The notes under the pieces are model-generated. The model worked only from the letters and a program-made list of their open reading frames with translations, was not told the DNA's origin and did no database searches. The position numbers were made by a program, and so were the translations under genes. Positions 8,137 through 16,719 of a stretch of DNA of 29,976 nucleotides are shown here, piece after piece; the first letter of the stretch is position 1, and the number at the start of each line of letters is the position of its first letter. Source of the DNA: Chthoniobacteraceae bacterium (lineage in GTDB: Bacteria; Verrucomicrobiota; Verrucomicrobiia; Chthoniobacterales; Chthoniobacteraceae); assembly GCA_031409655.1 (NCBI GenBank), contig JANNXQ010000073.1, positions 1-29,976 on the forward strand, read 5' to 3'.

Positions 8137-10158
8137 CTACCGCAGGACGATTCGCGGGGCGACCCAGGTCGCCCAGTCGTGCGCGGGATCGGCGAGGGGA
8201 TCGATGATGAAGGTGACGGCGACTTCGCGGCCGCGGTAGTTGGCGAGATCGATCTCCGCCGGGATGCGTTCCGCGCCTTGGAGTCTTTGCCCGAAGACTT
8301 GGTGGGCTTCGATCTCCACGGTGAAGCCAGCGCCGTTGCTCTTCACGTTGTTCAGCAGGGCGTCGAAAACGAGCAGGCAGCGCTGGGCATCGGCGGCGGG
8401 GATGGGGACGCGAAAGGCGAGCCGGGCCGGGCCGCGGGCTTTGGGATGTTGCAGGAGGGCGGCCTGCTGCACTTCGTCGGGCGGACCGATCTTCCGGAGT
8501 TCGAGGGCTTGCACATTTTCCGGCGTCGCACTCGCGCGCTGGGCGACGAAGTCGAAGACAACGCGTCCGGTCTCCCGTTTCGAGGGCCGCGGCGGATCAA
8601 ACTTTGTCGCAACGATGTTGTTCCAGTCGCTCCGCCCGATCACCGGCAGCGCGAAGGCGAAGGCCTGATCTTCCTCGGGCGTGCCGGCCTTCTGCATCGT
8701 GGCCCAGATCAGGCGGGTGCGTCCGATGCCGTTCACACTCGGGCTGCCGTCATGCTCGCGGACCCCGAGCTTCAGTCCGCCTTCGTTCGGATGATCGACG
8801 TGTCGGTGATAGAGAAACGACTCGATCTCCGGGATCGCCTGGACCTTCTTCCACGCAAGCGCGAAGGCCGCAGCCTGCGCGGTTTCGCCGTTCGGTCCGT
8901 CGGGGCAGTGGAAGCCCTGCTCGGTGAGCGCGATTCGGCGCACCTGTCCTTCGTAGAGAAATCGGGGCTGGCGGAGGAAAGCCGGCAGGACTTCGAGATT
9001 TTGAAAGGTGAGCCGAGGAGCGTCGAAGCGCAGCGGCGCGGATTTGTCGGCCCAGAAGCTGGGTCGGCCGAGGTTTTCGGGGTAGGGGTGAAAGGCGAGG
9101 TGCCACGGGAAATCGCCCGCGCGTTTGGCGCGCTCGTTCACGCCTTCCAGCACTTCCACGGCGGTGAAGCCGTGGGTGCGATCCGCCGCGGCGGGCAGCG
9201 TCCAGTGATGCTCGAGGGAGACGTAGATGGGGAAATCCGCGTGGACCCGGCGCGTCGCCAGATCCGCGATGCGCAGGGCGGCGGTGTATTCGCGGAGCAG
9301 GACCTCGGGCTCCACCGGGCCCATATAGTACCAGCTCCAGTGGCTCTGCACTTCGTTGCCAATGACCAGGCCGGCAAGGTGGCCGAACTCGGCGTCGCCG
9401 CGGGTGTATCGCTCGACGAGCCAATGGATGATCGCGCGGTAGAAAAAGTTCCCCTCCGCGGTCGCAGTGTTGAAGGCTGCGGGACCGGCAGTGATGGTCT
9501 TCGGATCAGTGAGCGGATGCACGAGTGGCGAAGTGCGCGGCGTGCTCACCTGGACGTAGTTCAGCAGGATGCCGGTGACGCGCATTTGCGCGCCGTGCAG
9601 GGCGCGGAGGTCACGATCGAGCTGGGCCGCAGCGCCCGGGTGCAGACCCACGCGGCGACCTTCAAAGTCGAAACTCAGCTTCGGCTTCGGGCTCTGCCAA
9701 TCGACGAGTCCGCCGATGTTGATGTTCTGGCTCGCCTGGCCGAGGCCGAGCGCGCGCCCATCGGTGACGTCGAGCAGACAGGTGAGGCCTTTCTTATTGG
9801 CCTGCGAACCGAGGGATCCCGTCCGCCGCGGCAGTGCGGAGAAATCGGTGACGTGCTGCGGAGCCCCGAGCGCGTGCCCGTCGGCGCGCAGTTCGAACTT
9901 CGCAAACAGCCGATCGCGGGCGCCGTCCCAGCGCGGGACTGTGGCCGACGCGCCGGAGCCAGACCAGACGGTCTTGGCCTCAGCGTCGGCCGCCGAGGTG
10001 TGCAGCGGCATTTCGCGAAGCTCCACGACCCCAGCGCGCGCGGGCCAGGCAAAGCTCAGGGAATCGGGTGTGACGGCAATGCGCTGCCCGACGTCTTCCG
10101 CGTGGAGGATCGTGGTGAGACACAGGAGGACGGCGATGAGCCAGCGCGCGCGAGTCAT
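8137..10158 (-). CDS. Secreted putative clan GH-A glycoside hydrolase (DUF5722-like) with a C-terminal beta-sandwich/NPCBM-like domain
   Basis: Signal peptide MTRARWLIAVLLCLTTILHA; KKGL, IGNEV (acid/base), FHPYP, LTEQG (nucleophile), YHRHVD; C-terminus ...DPAHDWATWVAPRI resembles NPCBM. Confidence 0.75.
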   Translation of the reverse strand: MTRARWLIAVLLCLTTILHAEDVGQRIAVTPDSLSFAWPARAGVVELREMPLHTSAADAEAKTVWSGSGASATVPRWDGARDRLFAKFELRADGHALGAPQHVTDFSALPRRTGSLGSQANKKGLTCLLDVTDGRALGLGQASQNINIGGLVDWQSPKPKLSFDFEGRRVGLHPGAAAQLDRDLRALHGAQMRVTGILLNYVQVSTPRTSPLVHPLTDPKTITAGPAAFNTATAEGNFFYRAIIHWLVERYTRGDAEFGHLAGLVIGNEVQSHWSWYYMGPVEPEVLLREYTAALRIADLATRRVHADFPIYVSLEHHWTLPAAADRTHGFTAVEVLEGVNERAKRAGDFPWHLAFHPYPENLGRPSFWADKSAPLRFDAPRLTFQNLEVLPAFLRQPRFLYEGQVRRIALTEQGFHCPDGPNGETAQAAAFALAWKKVQAIPEIESFLYHRHVDHPNEGGLKLGVREHDGSPSVNGIGRTRLIWATMQKAGTPEEDQAFAFALPVIGRSDWNNIVATKFDPPRPSKRETGRVVFDFVAQRASATPENVQALELRKIGPPDEVQQAALLQHPKARGPARLAFRVPIPAADAQRCLLVFDALLNNVKSNGAGFTVEIEAHQVFGQRLQGAERIPAEIDLANYRGREVAVTFIIDPLADPAHDWATWVAPRIVLR

Positions 10159-10183
10159 CTTGAAGAAGGAAAACGCGGCCAAC

Positions 10184-12004
10184 TCAGCAGGCCCCGGCGG
10201 CGGGCGGCGCGAAGTTGAACTTGGCGAGCAATCCGCTCACGCCTTCCTGCGCATGACCTTCGACGAGCAGCCGCTTCAGGTGCTTCTTTCCGTCCTGCAT
10301 CGTGAAGGTGATCTCGAAGGCGGCGATGTTCCCGACCATTTCCGTGGTCCAGGTTTGCGTGGCAATTTTGGCCCGCTCTTTCTCCAGCCACTTCTCCAAG
10401 TCTGCGGTCGTCGTCGCGGATTCGCGCCAGAAGGCGAGGGGATCGACGGGCAGTTCGCGGAAGCGCGGGACGACGAAGCCGACATCGAGGAAAGCGAGGA
10501 GGTTGCCAGCTTTCGGACCGGCTTCGCGATCGAGCAAGACGCGGTAGATGGCCTTGAACGCGACGGGCTGTTCGATGGGCGTGAGGCGCGCGATCTCGAA
10601 GACTTTCGATTGCAGGGCGTCGTCGGTCCACGGCGTCTCGGGGAGAGCGTCGGCGAGCTTGTGCAGGAAGGCGCGCTGGGTCTCGGTGAGCGTCTGCGCC
10701 CGACCGGGGAGGGTGGGCTGGAGGTGCGTCTTCTCTTCCTCGCTGGCGTAGTCCTGCACCCAGAGTTTCGCCGAGGCGCTGCGCTGGCGGAGGTGCTTGA
10801 GTTCGAGGTCGGTGAGCGGGCGACCGGCGCGCTTGGCGATCTCCTTCTCGGTGTCGAGATGCGGCATCTGCACGAGCGCGCTCACGAGCTGGAAATTCGC
10901 GGTCTGATACGCGCCTTGCGGTTCGAGTTCGGCGAGGCGGAAGACGCAGGCTTCGTCCGGTGTCGCCTGGCCATTGGCGGCGCGCAGTTGGTAGCGGTCG
11001 AACTCGTTGAAGAGTTTCACGATGCCCTCTTCGCCGGCTTCAAAGTTCACCGGCGAATTCGGCTTCGTGCGGATCATCAGGAAACGCAGCACGTCGGGCG
11101 GGAGCAGATTCGCCATGTCGCGCGCGCTCGCGCCCACACCGCGGGACGACGACATCTTCGCCCCACCCACGAGGAAGAATTCATACGGCACGCGCATCGG
11201 CGGCGGGAGTTCCGGATAGATCGCCCGCAGGCACGCCTCGCTCACGTCGCGCGAGCCGCCCTTGGTCGAGTGATCCTTGCCCGCGCCTTCGATGGTCACG
11301 GGAAATTTCACCCACTTCGCCACCCACTCGAGCTTCCACGGCAGCTTCCCGCGCCCGTCGAATGGCGACACCTTCCCCTCATGCCCGCAACCGCGGCCGA
11401 GGTTCAGCTTCGTGTTCACACACTTGTCCGGGCGGCAGCGGTAGGTGACGAGCGTGCCGTCGTAATCGGACACCTCGGTGGTGCCGATGCAGCCGCACTT
11501 TTCGCAGATCACTTGAAAGGGATACCAGTGCGCGGGGCGGTCGCTGTTTGAGACCTGTTTGTACACCGTCCGCACTTTTGCGGCCTCGCGGAGAATGCGA
11601 TCGATGGGCTCGTTGAATTGCCCTGCGCGATATATGTCGCGCATCCGGTAACGCTCCACCTTCACCCCGAGATCCGCGAAGACCTGCCAAAACTCCGCCA
11701 TGAAATGCTCGGCCATATCCGGCGACGTGGAGCCAGTCGGCGCGGGCGTATTGCAGAGCGGCCAGCCAATGTATTTGCCAAAGTGCGCGTCCTCACCCTT
11801 CGGGATCTCGTCCACCGGATCGTAGTCATCGACGCCGAAGAGATAGCGCGCCTCGAGGCCTTTCTCCCGCAGGGTGCGGAAGATGGCGTCGTGAATGAGC
11901 ACCCCGCGCAGGGCGCCGACATGGACGCGCCCACTCGGGGTCTTCGAGTCATTGATGATCTGCGGTCCAGTGCAGCGGGCGGCGATGTCTTCAGTCCAAA
12001 ACAT
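10184..12004 (-). CDS. lysS: Lysine--tRNA ligase, class I
   Basis: Start re-called at MFWTED; KTPSGRVHVG (HIGH-like), DDYD, CEKCG and C..GCGH zinc ribbons, GKLPWKLEW, EGAGKDH, KMSSSRG, GPKAG. Confidence 0.95.
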   Translation of the reverse strand: MFWTEDIAARCTGPQIINDSKTPSGRVHVGALRGVLIHDAIFRTLREKGLEARYLFGVDDYDPVDEIPKGEDAHFGKYIGWPLCNTPAPTGSTSPDMAEHFMAEFWQVFADLGVKVERYRMRDIYRAGQFNEPIDRILREAAKVRTVYKQVSNSDRPAHWYPFQVICEKCGCIGTTEVSDYDGTLVTYRCRPDKCVNTKLNLGRGCGHEGKVSPFDGRGKLPWKLEWVAKWVKFPVTIEGAGKDHSTKGGSRDVSEACLRAIYPELPPPMRVPYEFFLVGGAKMSSSRGVGASARDMANLLPPDVLRFLMIRTKPNSPVNFEAGEEGIVKLFNEFDRYQLRAANGQATPDEACVFRLAELEPQGAYQTANFQLVSALVQMPHLDTEKEIAKRAGRPLTDLELKHLRQRSASAKLWVQDYASEEEKTHLQPTLPGRAQTLTETQRAFLHKLADALPETPWTDDALQSKVFEIARLTPIEQPVAFKAIYRVLLDREAGPKAGNLLAFLDVGFVVPRFRELPVDPLAFWRESATTTADLEKWLEKERAKIATQTWTTEMVGNIAAFEITFTMQDGKKHLKRLLVEGHAQEGVSGLLAKFNFAPPAAGAC

Positions 12005-12019
12005 GGGACGGGGAGGAAA

Positions 12020-12050
12020 AAGCACCACGCTCCAAAACCCAAGCACCAAA
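12020..12050. repeat. Heptamer tandem repeat (AAGCACC-type), single arm
   Basis: AAGCACC ACGCTCC AAAACCC AAGCACC AAA. Confidence 0.55.
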
Positions 12051-12064
12051 GAGGCGGCGTGAAG

Positions 12065-12199
<135 letters not shown>

Positions 12200-12331
12200 A
12201 TGCCCTGCCTTCAAATGGCACCACCTCTGCTATTTCCGAAGCCGAATGACGCACCCGGCAACCACCGCGGGGCATCTCGCTCCGCTCAACCCACGCCGCT
12301 CCTCCCGGGAGCTGCGCGGAGGTCGGCGCGC

Positions 12332-13687
12332 ATGATCCAGGCCCTGCTCTTTTTCGGCATCGGTTTCCTGATCGCGCTGCTCTGTACGCCGTGGGTGATG
12401 TCGATCGCCCACCGGGGCATTGGCCTCGACGCGCCGGATGCCACCCGCAAACGCCAGGCGCAGCCAATCCCGCGGCTCGGCGGGATGCCCATCATGCTCG
12501 CCGTCTCGTTCGGGTTGATGATCATCCTCGTCACGGACCCGGTGGCGGCGGCGGATTGGTTTCCCATCCTGGTCGGCAGCCTGCTCATGTATGGCCTCGG
12601 TCTTTGGGACGACCTGAAGCCCCTCGGGGCGAAAAAGAAACTCCTCGGCCAGATCGTCACCGCTTCGCTGGTCTTCTGGTTGGGTCTGAGCATTGAGCGT
12701 TTCTCCTGCCCCGGAGTCGTGGGAAGTGTCCACCTTGCTCCCTTCTGGAGTTTTGCGATCACCGTCTTCTGGCTCATCGCGATCCCGAATATCATCAATC
12801 TCATCGACGGTTTCGATGGGCTCGCCGCGGGCCTCGGAATTTGCCTTTCCGTGACGCTCGGCATCGTGGGCCTGCATGGCGATCAACTCGCCGTGGCCTG
12901 CTACGCCTTCACCATGGGCGGTGCGCTCCTGGGATTCCTCGTCTTCAATTTTCCTCCCGCAAAAATCTATCTCGGCGACGGCGGCGCCTATCTCATCGGC
13001 TTCACCATCGCGGCGCTTTCCTTAAAAAGTTCAAACAAGGGCTCCGTGGCCGCGGGGTTGTTTGTCACCTTCGTCGCGCTCGGTGTGCCGATCCTCGATA
13101 CCGCGTTTGCCCTCGGGCGGAGGGCCATCCGCGGCTATCCGCTCTTCCACGCGGACGATGAACACTTTCACCACAAACTCCTGGGCTACGGCTTTTCCAA
13201 GCGGCGCATCCTGCTCGGAGTCTATGGACTCTTCGTGGTCCTCTCGATCGTGGGCCTGAGCATCATGTGGAGTCAGGGCCGCACCCTGCCGATCGGTCTC
13301 GGCGCGCTCTTCATCCTCGTGATTTTCGCGCTCCGTTACTTCCACTATCTGCGTTCGTGGGAAGATGTGCGGAGTCGTTTTGACCGGATCTTCGGCCACC
13401 GCCGGACGGTGCGTTATGCCCTGCTCCAGGCGCAGGTCTTGGAACTGGAAGTGGAGCGTTGCCGCGAAGCGCACGAGTTTTGGGCGATCTTTGAACAGAC
13501 GATGCAAAGGGTGGGGTGGATGGATCCCGCGTCCCCGGCCAAGGGCGATGAAGTCCGCGTCTATCACAGCGGCTCTGAGCCCTGGCGGCTCTACCCGCCA
13601 CCCTTGAGCGCCGCGCGCGAGTGGCAACGTCTTGCGGAATGTTTTCGTCCTGTCTATGTCAAGGCGACGAAGAAATGGAGCAAGTAA
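12332..13687 (+). CDS. Undecaprenyl-phosphate alpha-GlcNAc-1-phosphate transferase (WecA/TagO, MraY-like family)
   Basis: GGAGGT 9 nt before ATG 12332; IPRLGG, LWDDL, NLIDGFDGLA, FNFPPAKIYLGDGG, PILDT, ADDEHFHH; about 11 TM helices plus a soluble C-terminal tail. Confidence 0.9.
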   Translation: MIQALLFFGIGFLIALLCTPWVMSIAHRGIGLDAPDATRKRQAQPIPRLGGMPIMLAVSFGLMIILVTDPVAAADWFPILVGSLLMYGLGLWDDLKPLGAKKKLLGQIVTASLVFWLGLSIERFSCPGVVGSVHLAPFWSFAITVFWLIAIPNIINLIDGFDGLAAGLGICLSVTLGIVGLHGDQLAVACYAFTMGGALLGFLVFNFPPAKIYLGDGGAYLIGFTIAALSLKSSNKGSVAAGLFVTFVALGVPILDTAFALGRRAIRGYPLFHADDEHFHHKLLGYGFSKRRILLGVYGLFVVLSIVGLSIMWSQGRTLPIGLGALFILVIFALRYFHYLRSWEDVRSRFDRIFGHRRTVRYALLQAQVLELEVERCREAHEFWAIFEQTMQRVGWMDPASPAKGDEVRVYHSGSEPWRLYPPPLSAAREWQRLAECFRPVYVKATKKWSK

Positions 13688-16053
13688 TCCCCCCACAAAC
13701 GCCGCGGCGGCGCTCCCGGCGCCGCCACTCAGCGTCCGGACGGGACTTGGTGGCGATGATCGCCTTTGCGCTGATTCTCGTCGTCGGCCAGCTCGCCTTC
13801 GGCGCCGTGGACCGCGTCGCGCAGGTCGTGCTCGTCTTACTCCTCGCGGTGGGCGTGTGGGCCTCCCCTCCGACGATGGCCCCGCTCGGTCGCTGGGGAA
13901 AGCGCCTCGTCATCGCGCTGCTGGCCTTGGTGGTGCTGAAGGAATTGCTCCCCGCGGGCCTCTTCGGCAGCACTGCCTGGCGCACGGAGTTGACCCAGAA
14001 TTTTGGGCTCCAGCTCCCGCTGACGCACAATCCAGAGCCGGCCCGCGTCTTCGATTCCTTGCTCGCGATCGTCGTCGCGGTCGTTTGGTTCGTCTGGGTC
14101 CGCACCCTGGCGACCGGGCACGACGAACGCCACACGCTGTCGTGGGTCCTCTTCCTGAGTGTCACGATCGTGGCGGCGACTTCCTTTGCGACGCGCGGGA
14201 TTGATTCGGAGGCGATCTACGGGCTGCGCTTCACGCCGGGCTGGAAGGGCTTCGGCCCTTTCCCCAATCGCAACCACTCCGCCAACCTTTTTGCGATGGG
14301 CGGTGTGCTCGGGCTCGGCTGCGCGGCGTGGGCGTGGGTGCGGAGGAAGCGGCCGCTTTTCGCCCTCGCCACGGTGCTCACGGGACTACTCGTCGCGGCG
14401 CTCCTTGAGACCGAGTCGCGCGGCGGGTTGGTTTCGTTCACCGCCGGAATCGCGATCTTCATTGGGCTGGCCTTCGTCAAGTTCCGCAGCCGCACGGTGA
14501 TCTTTTCCGGCCTGGCGACGCTGCTCGTGGTCGGGTCGCTGACCGCGGCGTTTGGCAGCACCGTGCTCACCCGGTTCCAGTCGCCGCACGCCGGCCTCGT
14601 TTCCACGCAGACGCGCGTCGCGGTGTGGCACGACGCCTTCGCCATGTGGCGCGATGCGCCGCTCTTTGGCCACGGGCTGGATGCCTTTGCGCGCGTTTTC
14701 CCGATGTATCAAAAGCTCGATCTCGAGGAGATCGTGGTCCTGCATCCCGAGAGCAGTTGGCTGCAATGGCTCACGGAACTCGGCCTCATCCCGCTGGCGC
14801 TGGTCGTCGTGGCGCTGGTGCTTTTTGTCACGCCGCACATCAAGGCGGCGTTTGTCCGCAATCAGAGTTTCTATCTGCGCGCCTCGGCTTTTACGGCAGT
14901 GGGCGTGCTCATCTTTCACTCTGTCTTCGACGTGCCCGCGCACCGTTGGGGCACAGGGGGTTTTGCGCTTGCGGCGCTGGCCCTCGCTTGTCCCGCAGCG
15001 GAGCGTGCCGCCAGCACCGCACGCTCGCGGCGGGTGGTGTTGGTGCTGGTGGCGATTGCCGGATTGTGGGCGGCTCCGTTTCTTGTCGCCGGACCGGCGT
15101 GGTCGCCGCTGCGCCTCACGCAATTGCTCGCCCGTGACGCCGTGGGTGGCGATGTGCGGACGGCGGAGTTTGAGAAGTCCCTGCGCTGGTTCCCGCTCGA
15201 TCCGTGGCTGCATCACGGCCTCGCGAACCGTCAGCTCCGCGTGGACGGACGGGCCAAGGCGGCAGAGTGGCAAAAGCACTTCGCCATCGCTTCGCGGCTG
15301 GTCCCAAATTCCTGGACGATGCCGGCCGCTCAGGCCCGCGCCTGCCGGCGGCTCGCGCCGGATCTGGCGATCGGCTACTGGCAGCAAGCGGTGGATCGGG
15401 GACGGGGGCATCGGGATGAAATCCTCGGCACCGCGCTCCTGGAGACCGCGAAATCGCCGATGGCCACTTCGTCGTGGGGTCGCTACGCCGAGGGGAATCC
15501 CGAAGTGCTGCTCTCCTATGCGGCCAGGTTGCCGGAGGATCAGGCGCGTTATTTTTACGGGCTCTGGTGGGAACAGCGCGGGCTGCAGACGACGCTCACC
15601 GAAGCCGAAGTGACGGCCTTTTACGCGCAGGCTTTCCGCCTTGGCACGCGGGAGCAATTTGATGAATGGACGACCCAGCACGCGGCTCTCGAGGAGCGCG
15701 ATCATCGCCGCTGGGCAGCGCTCCTGCATCAGTGGGGCGATGACGCGCGCGCCTGGGAAATGCTCACCCGGCGCATCCCCGAGCCGCAGTTTCCGCCAGG
15801 CATCGTGAGCGTCCCGCGCATCCAGCTCGAAGCGAAGTGGCGGCTCGCGCCGGAAAATCACGTGAACGCGCAGCAGCTCGTGCAGTTCCTGGATCACGAC
15901 GGTGAGACGGCGCAGAGCGATGAGGTCGTGGTCGCCGTGGCCACCCAGTTGAAAACCCCGCCGCCTCCGTGGTTCACGCGCAAGGCGGCCTATATTCTCT
16001 CGCGCAGTGGACACCGGGCCGAGGCCGTGACGATGCTCCTCGCTTCCAAATAA
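13675..16053 (+). CDS. O-antigen ligase (Wzy_C) family membrane protein with a helical/TPR-like C-terminus
   Basis: Start MEQVIP overlaps the wecA stop; many TM helices; GPFPNRNH, ESRGG, RVAVWHDA...PLFGHGLDAF, HPESSWLQ, HSVFDVP. Confidence 0.82.
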   Translation: MEQVIPPQTPRRRSRRRHSASGRDLVAMIAFALILVVGQLAFGAVDRVAQVVLVLLLAVGVWASPPTMAPLGRWGKRLVIALLALVVLKELLPAGLFGSTAWRTELTQNFGLQLPLTHNPEPARVFDSLLAIVVAVVWFVWVRTLATGHDERHTLSWVLFLSVTIVAATSFATRGIDSEAIYGLRFTPGWKGFGPFPNRNHSANLFAMGGVLGLGCAAWAWVRRKRPLFALATVLTGLLVAALLETESRGGLVSFTAGIAIFIGLAFVKFRSRTVIFSGLATLLVVGSLTAAFGSTVLTRFQSPHAGLVSTQTRVAVWHDAFAMWRDAPLFGHGLDAFARVFPMYQKLDLEEIVVLHPESSWLQWLTELGLIPLALVVVALVLFVTPHIKAAFVRNQSFYLRASAFTAVGVLIFHSVFDVPAHRWGTGGFALAALALACPAAERAASTARSRRVVLVLVAIAGLWAAPFLVAGPAWSPLRLTQLLARDAVGGDVRTAEFEKSLRWFPLDPWLHHGLANRQLRVDGRAKAAEWQKHFAIASRLVPNSWTMPAAQARACRRLAPDLAIGYWQQAVDRGRGHRDEILGTALLETAKSPMATSSWGRYAEGNPEVLLSYAARLPEDQARYFYGLWWEQRGLQTTLTEAEVTAFYAQAFRLGTREQFDEWTTQHAALEERDHRRWAALLHQWGDDARAWEMLTRRIPEPQFPPGIVSVPRIQLEAKWRLAPENHVNAQQLVQFLDHDGETAQSDEVVVAVATQLKTPPPPWFTRKAAYILSRSGHRAEAVTMLLASK

Positions 16054-16108
16054 CCGCGCGCGGCCAGCGCGGGCTTGTCCCATCCGGCCGCGTCCGGTTT
16101 CTTTCACT

Positions 16109-16137
16109 TTCCACCGCTCGGCGCGCAGGCCTATAGT
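16109..16137 (+). promoter_or_regulatory. Putative sigma70 promoter giving a leaderless or near-leaderless fur transcript
   Basis: TTCCAC-N17-TATAGT, ending 8 nt before the ATG at 16146; no SD. Confidence 0.45.
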
Positions 16138-16145
16138 CCCCGCCT

Positions 16146-16607
16146 ATGCAGCCTGGTGTTCGCGACCGCATCTATGAATTCCTCGCCCAAAAAGGGCTGA
16201 GGAAGACCATGCCGCGCGATGCCATCATCAAGGCCGCGTTCAGCACCACCGAGCACTACACCGCGGAGGATCTGCTCATCATGGCGCGGAAGATCGAGAA
16301 GACCGTCTCCCGCGCGACCGTCTATCGCACCCTCCCGCTGCTCGTCGAATGCGGCGTCCTGAAGGAGATGGATTTCGGCAAGGACTACAAATATTACGAC
16401 CCGAACTACATCGATCATCCGCATCACATGCACCTGATCTGTCGGGATTGTAATAAGATCGTCGAATTCGAGGACCAGCACATCGAACTCCTCGAGGACT
16501 GCATCACCAAACGCCTCGGTTTTTCGCCGGCCGCTAAATCCGTCCGCATCGAGGCCACCTGCGACCAGCTCAAGGAAATGGGCGCGTGCAAAAATAAAAA
16601 AGGATGA
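16146..16607 (+). CDS. Fur-family transcriptional regulator
   Basis: GLRKT..R, HYTAEDL, VSRATVYRTL, HHMHLICRDCNKIVEF. Confidence 0.93.
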   Translation: MQPGVRDRIYEFLAQKGLRKTMPRDAIIKAAFSTTEHYTAEDLLIMARKIEKTVSRATVYRTLPLLVECGVLKEMDFGKDYKYYDPNYIDHPHHMHLICRDCNKIVEFEDQHIELLEDCITKRLGFSPAAKSVRIEATCDQLKEMGACKNKKG

Positions 16608-16717
16608 AGGCGGAAGGATGAAGGATGAAAGGAGCGTGGAATGACGGGGATGAGTCGCTGTCCTTCCTGCTCCACTATCTTCTTCATCCTTTATCCTTCA
16701 TCCGTCATCCTTCCGCC
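16602..16717. repeat. Heptamer tandem-repeat inverted element (GGATGAA)n...(TTCATCC)n
   Basis: Left arm GGATGAA GGCGGAA GGATGAA GGATGAA (16602-16629); right arm TTCATCC TTTATCC TTCATCC GTCATCC TTCCGCC (16683-16717). Confidence 0.9.
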
Positions 16718-16719
16718 CC

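Noticed and set aside
8179..11551. Long plus-strand ORFs of 679 and 660 aa
   Set aside because: Antisense shadows of the DUF5722-like gene and lysS, typical of high-GC DNA, with no recognisable motifs.
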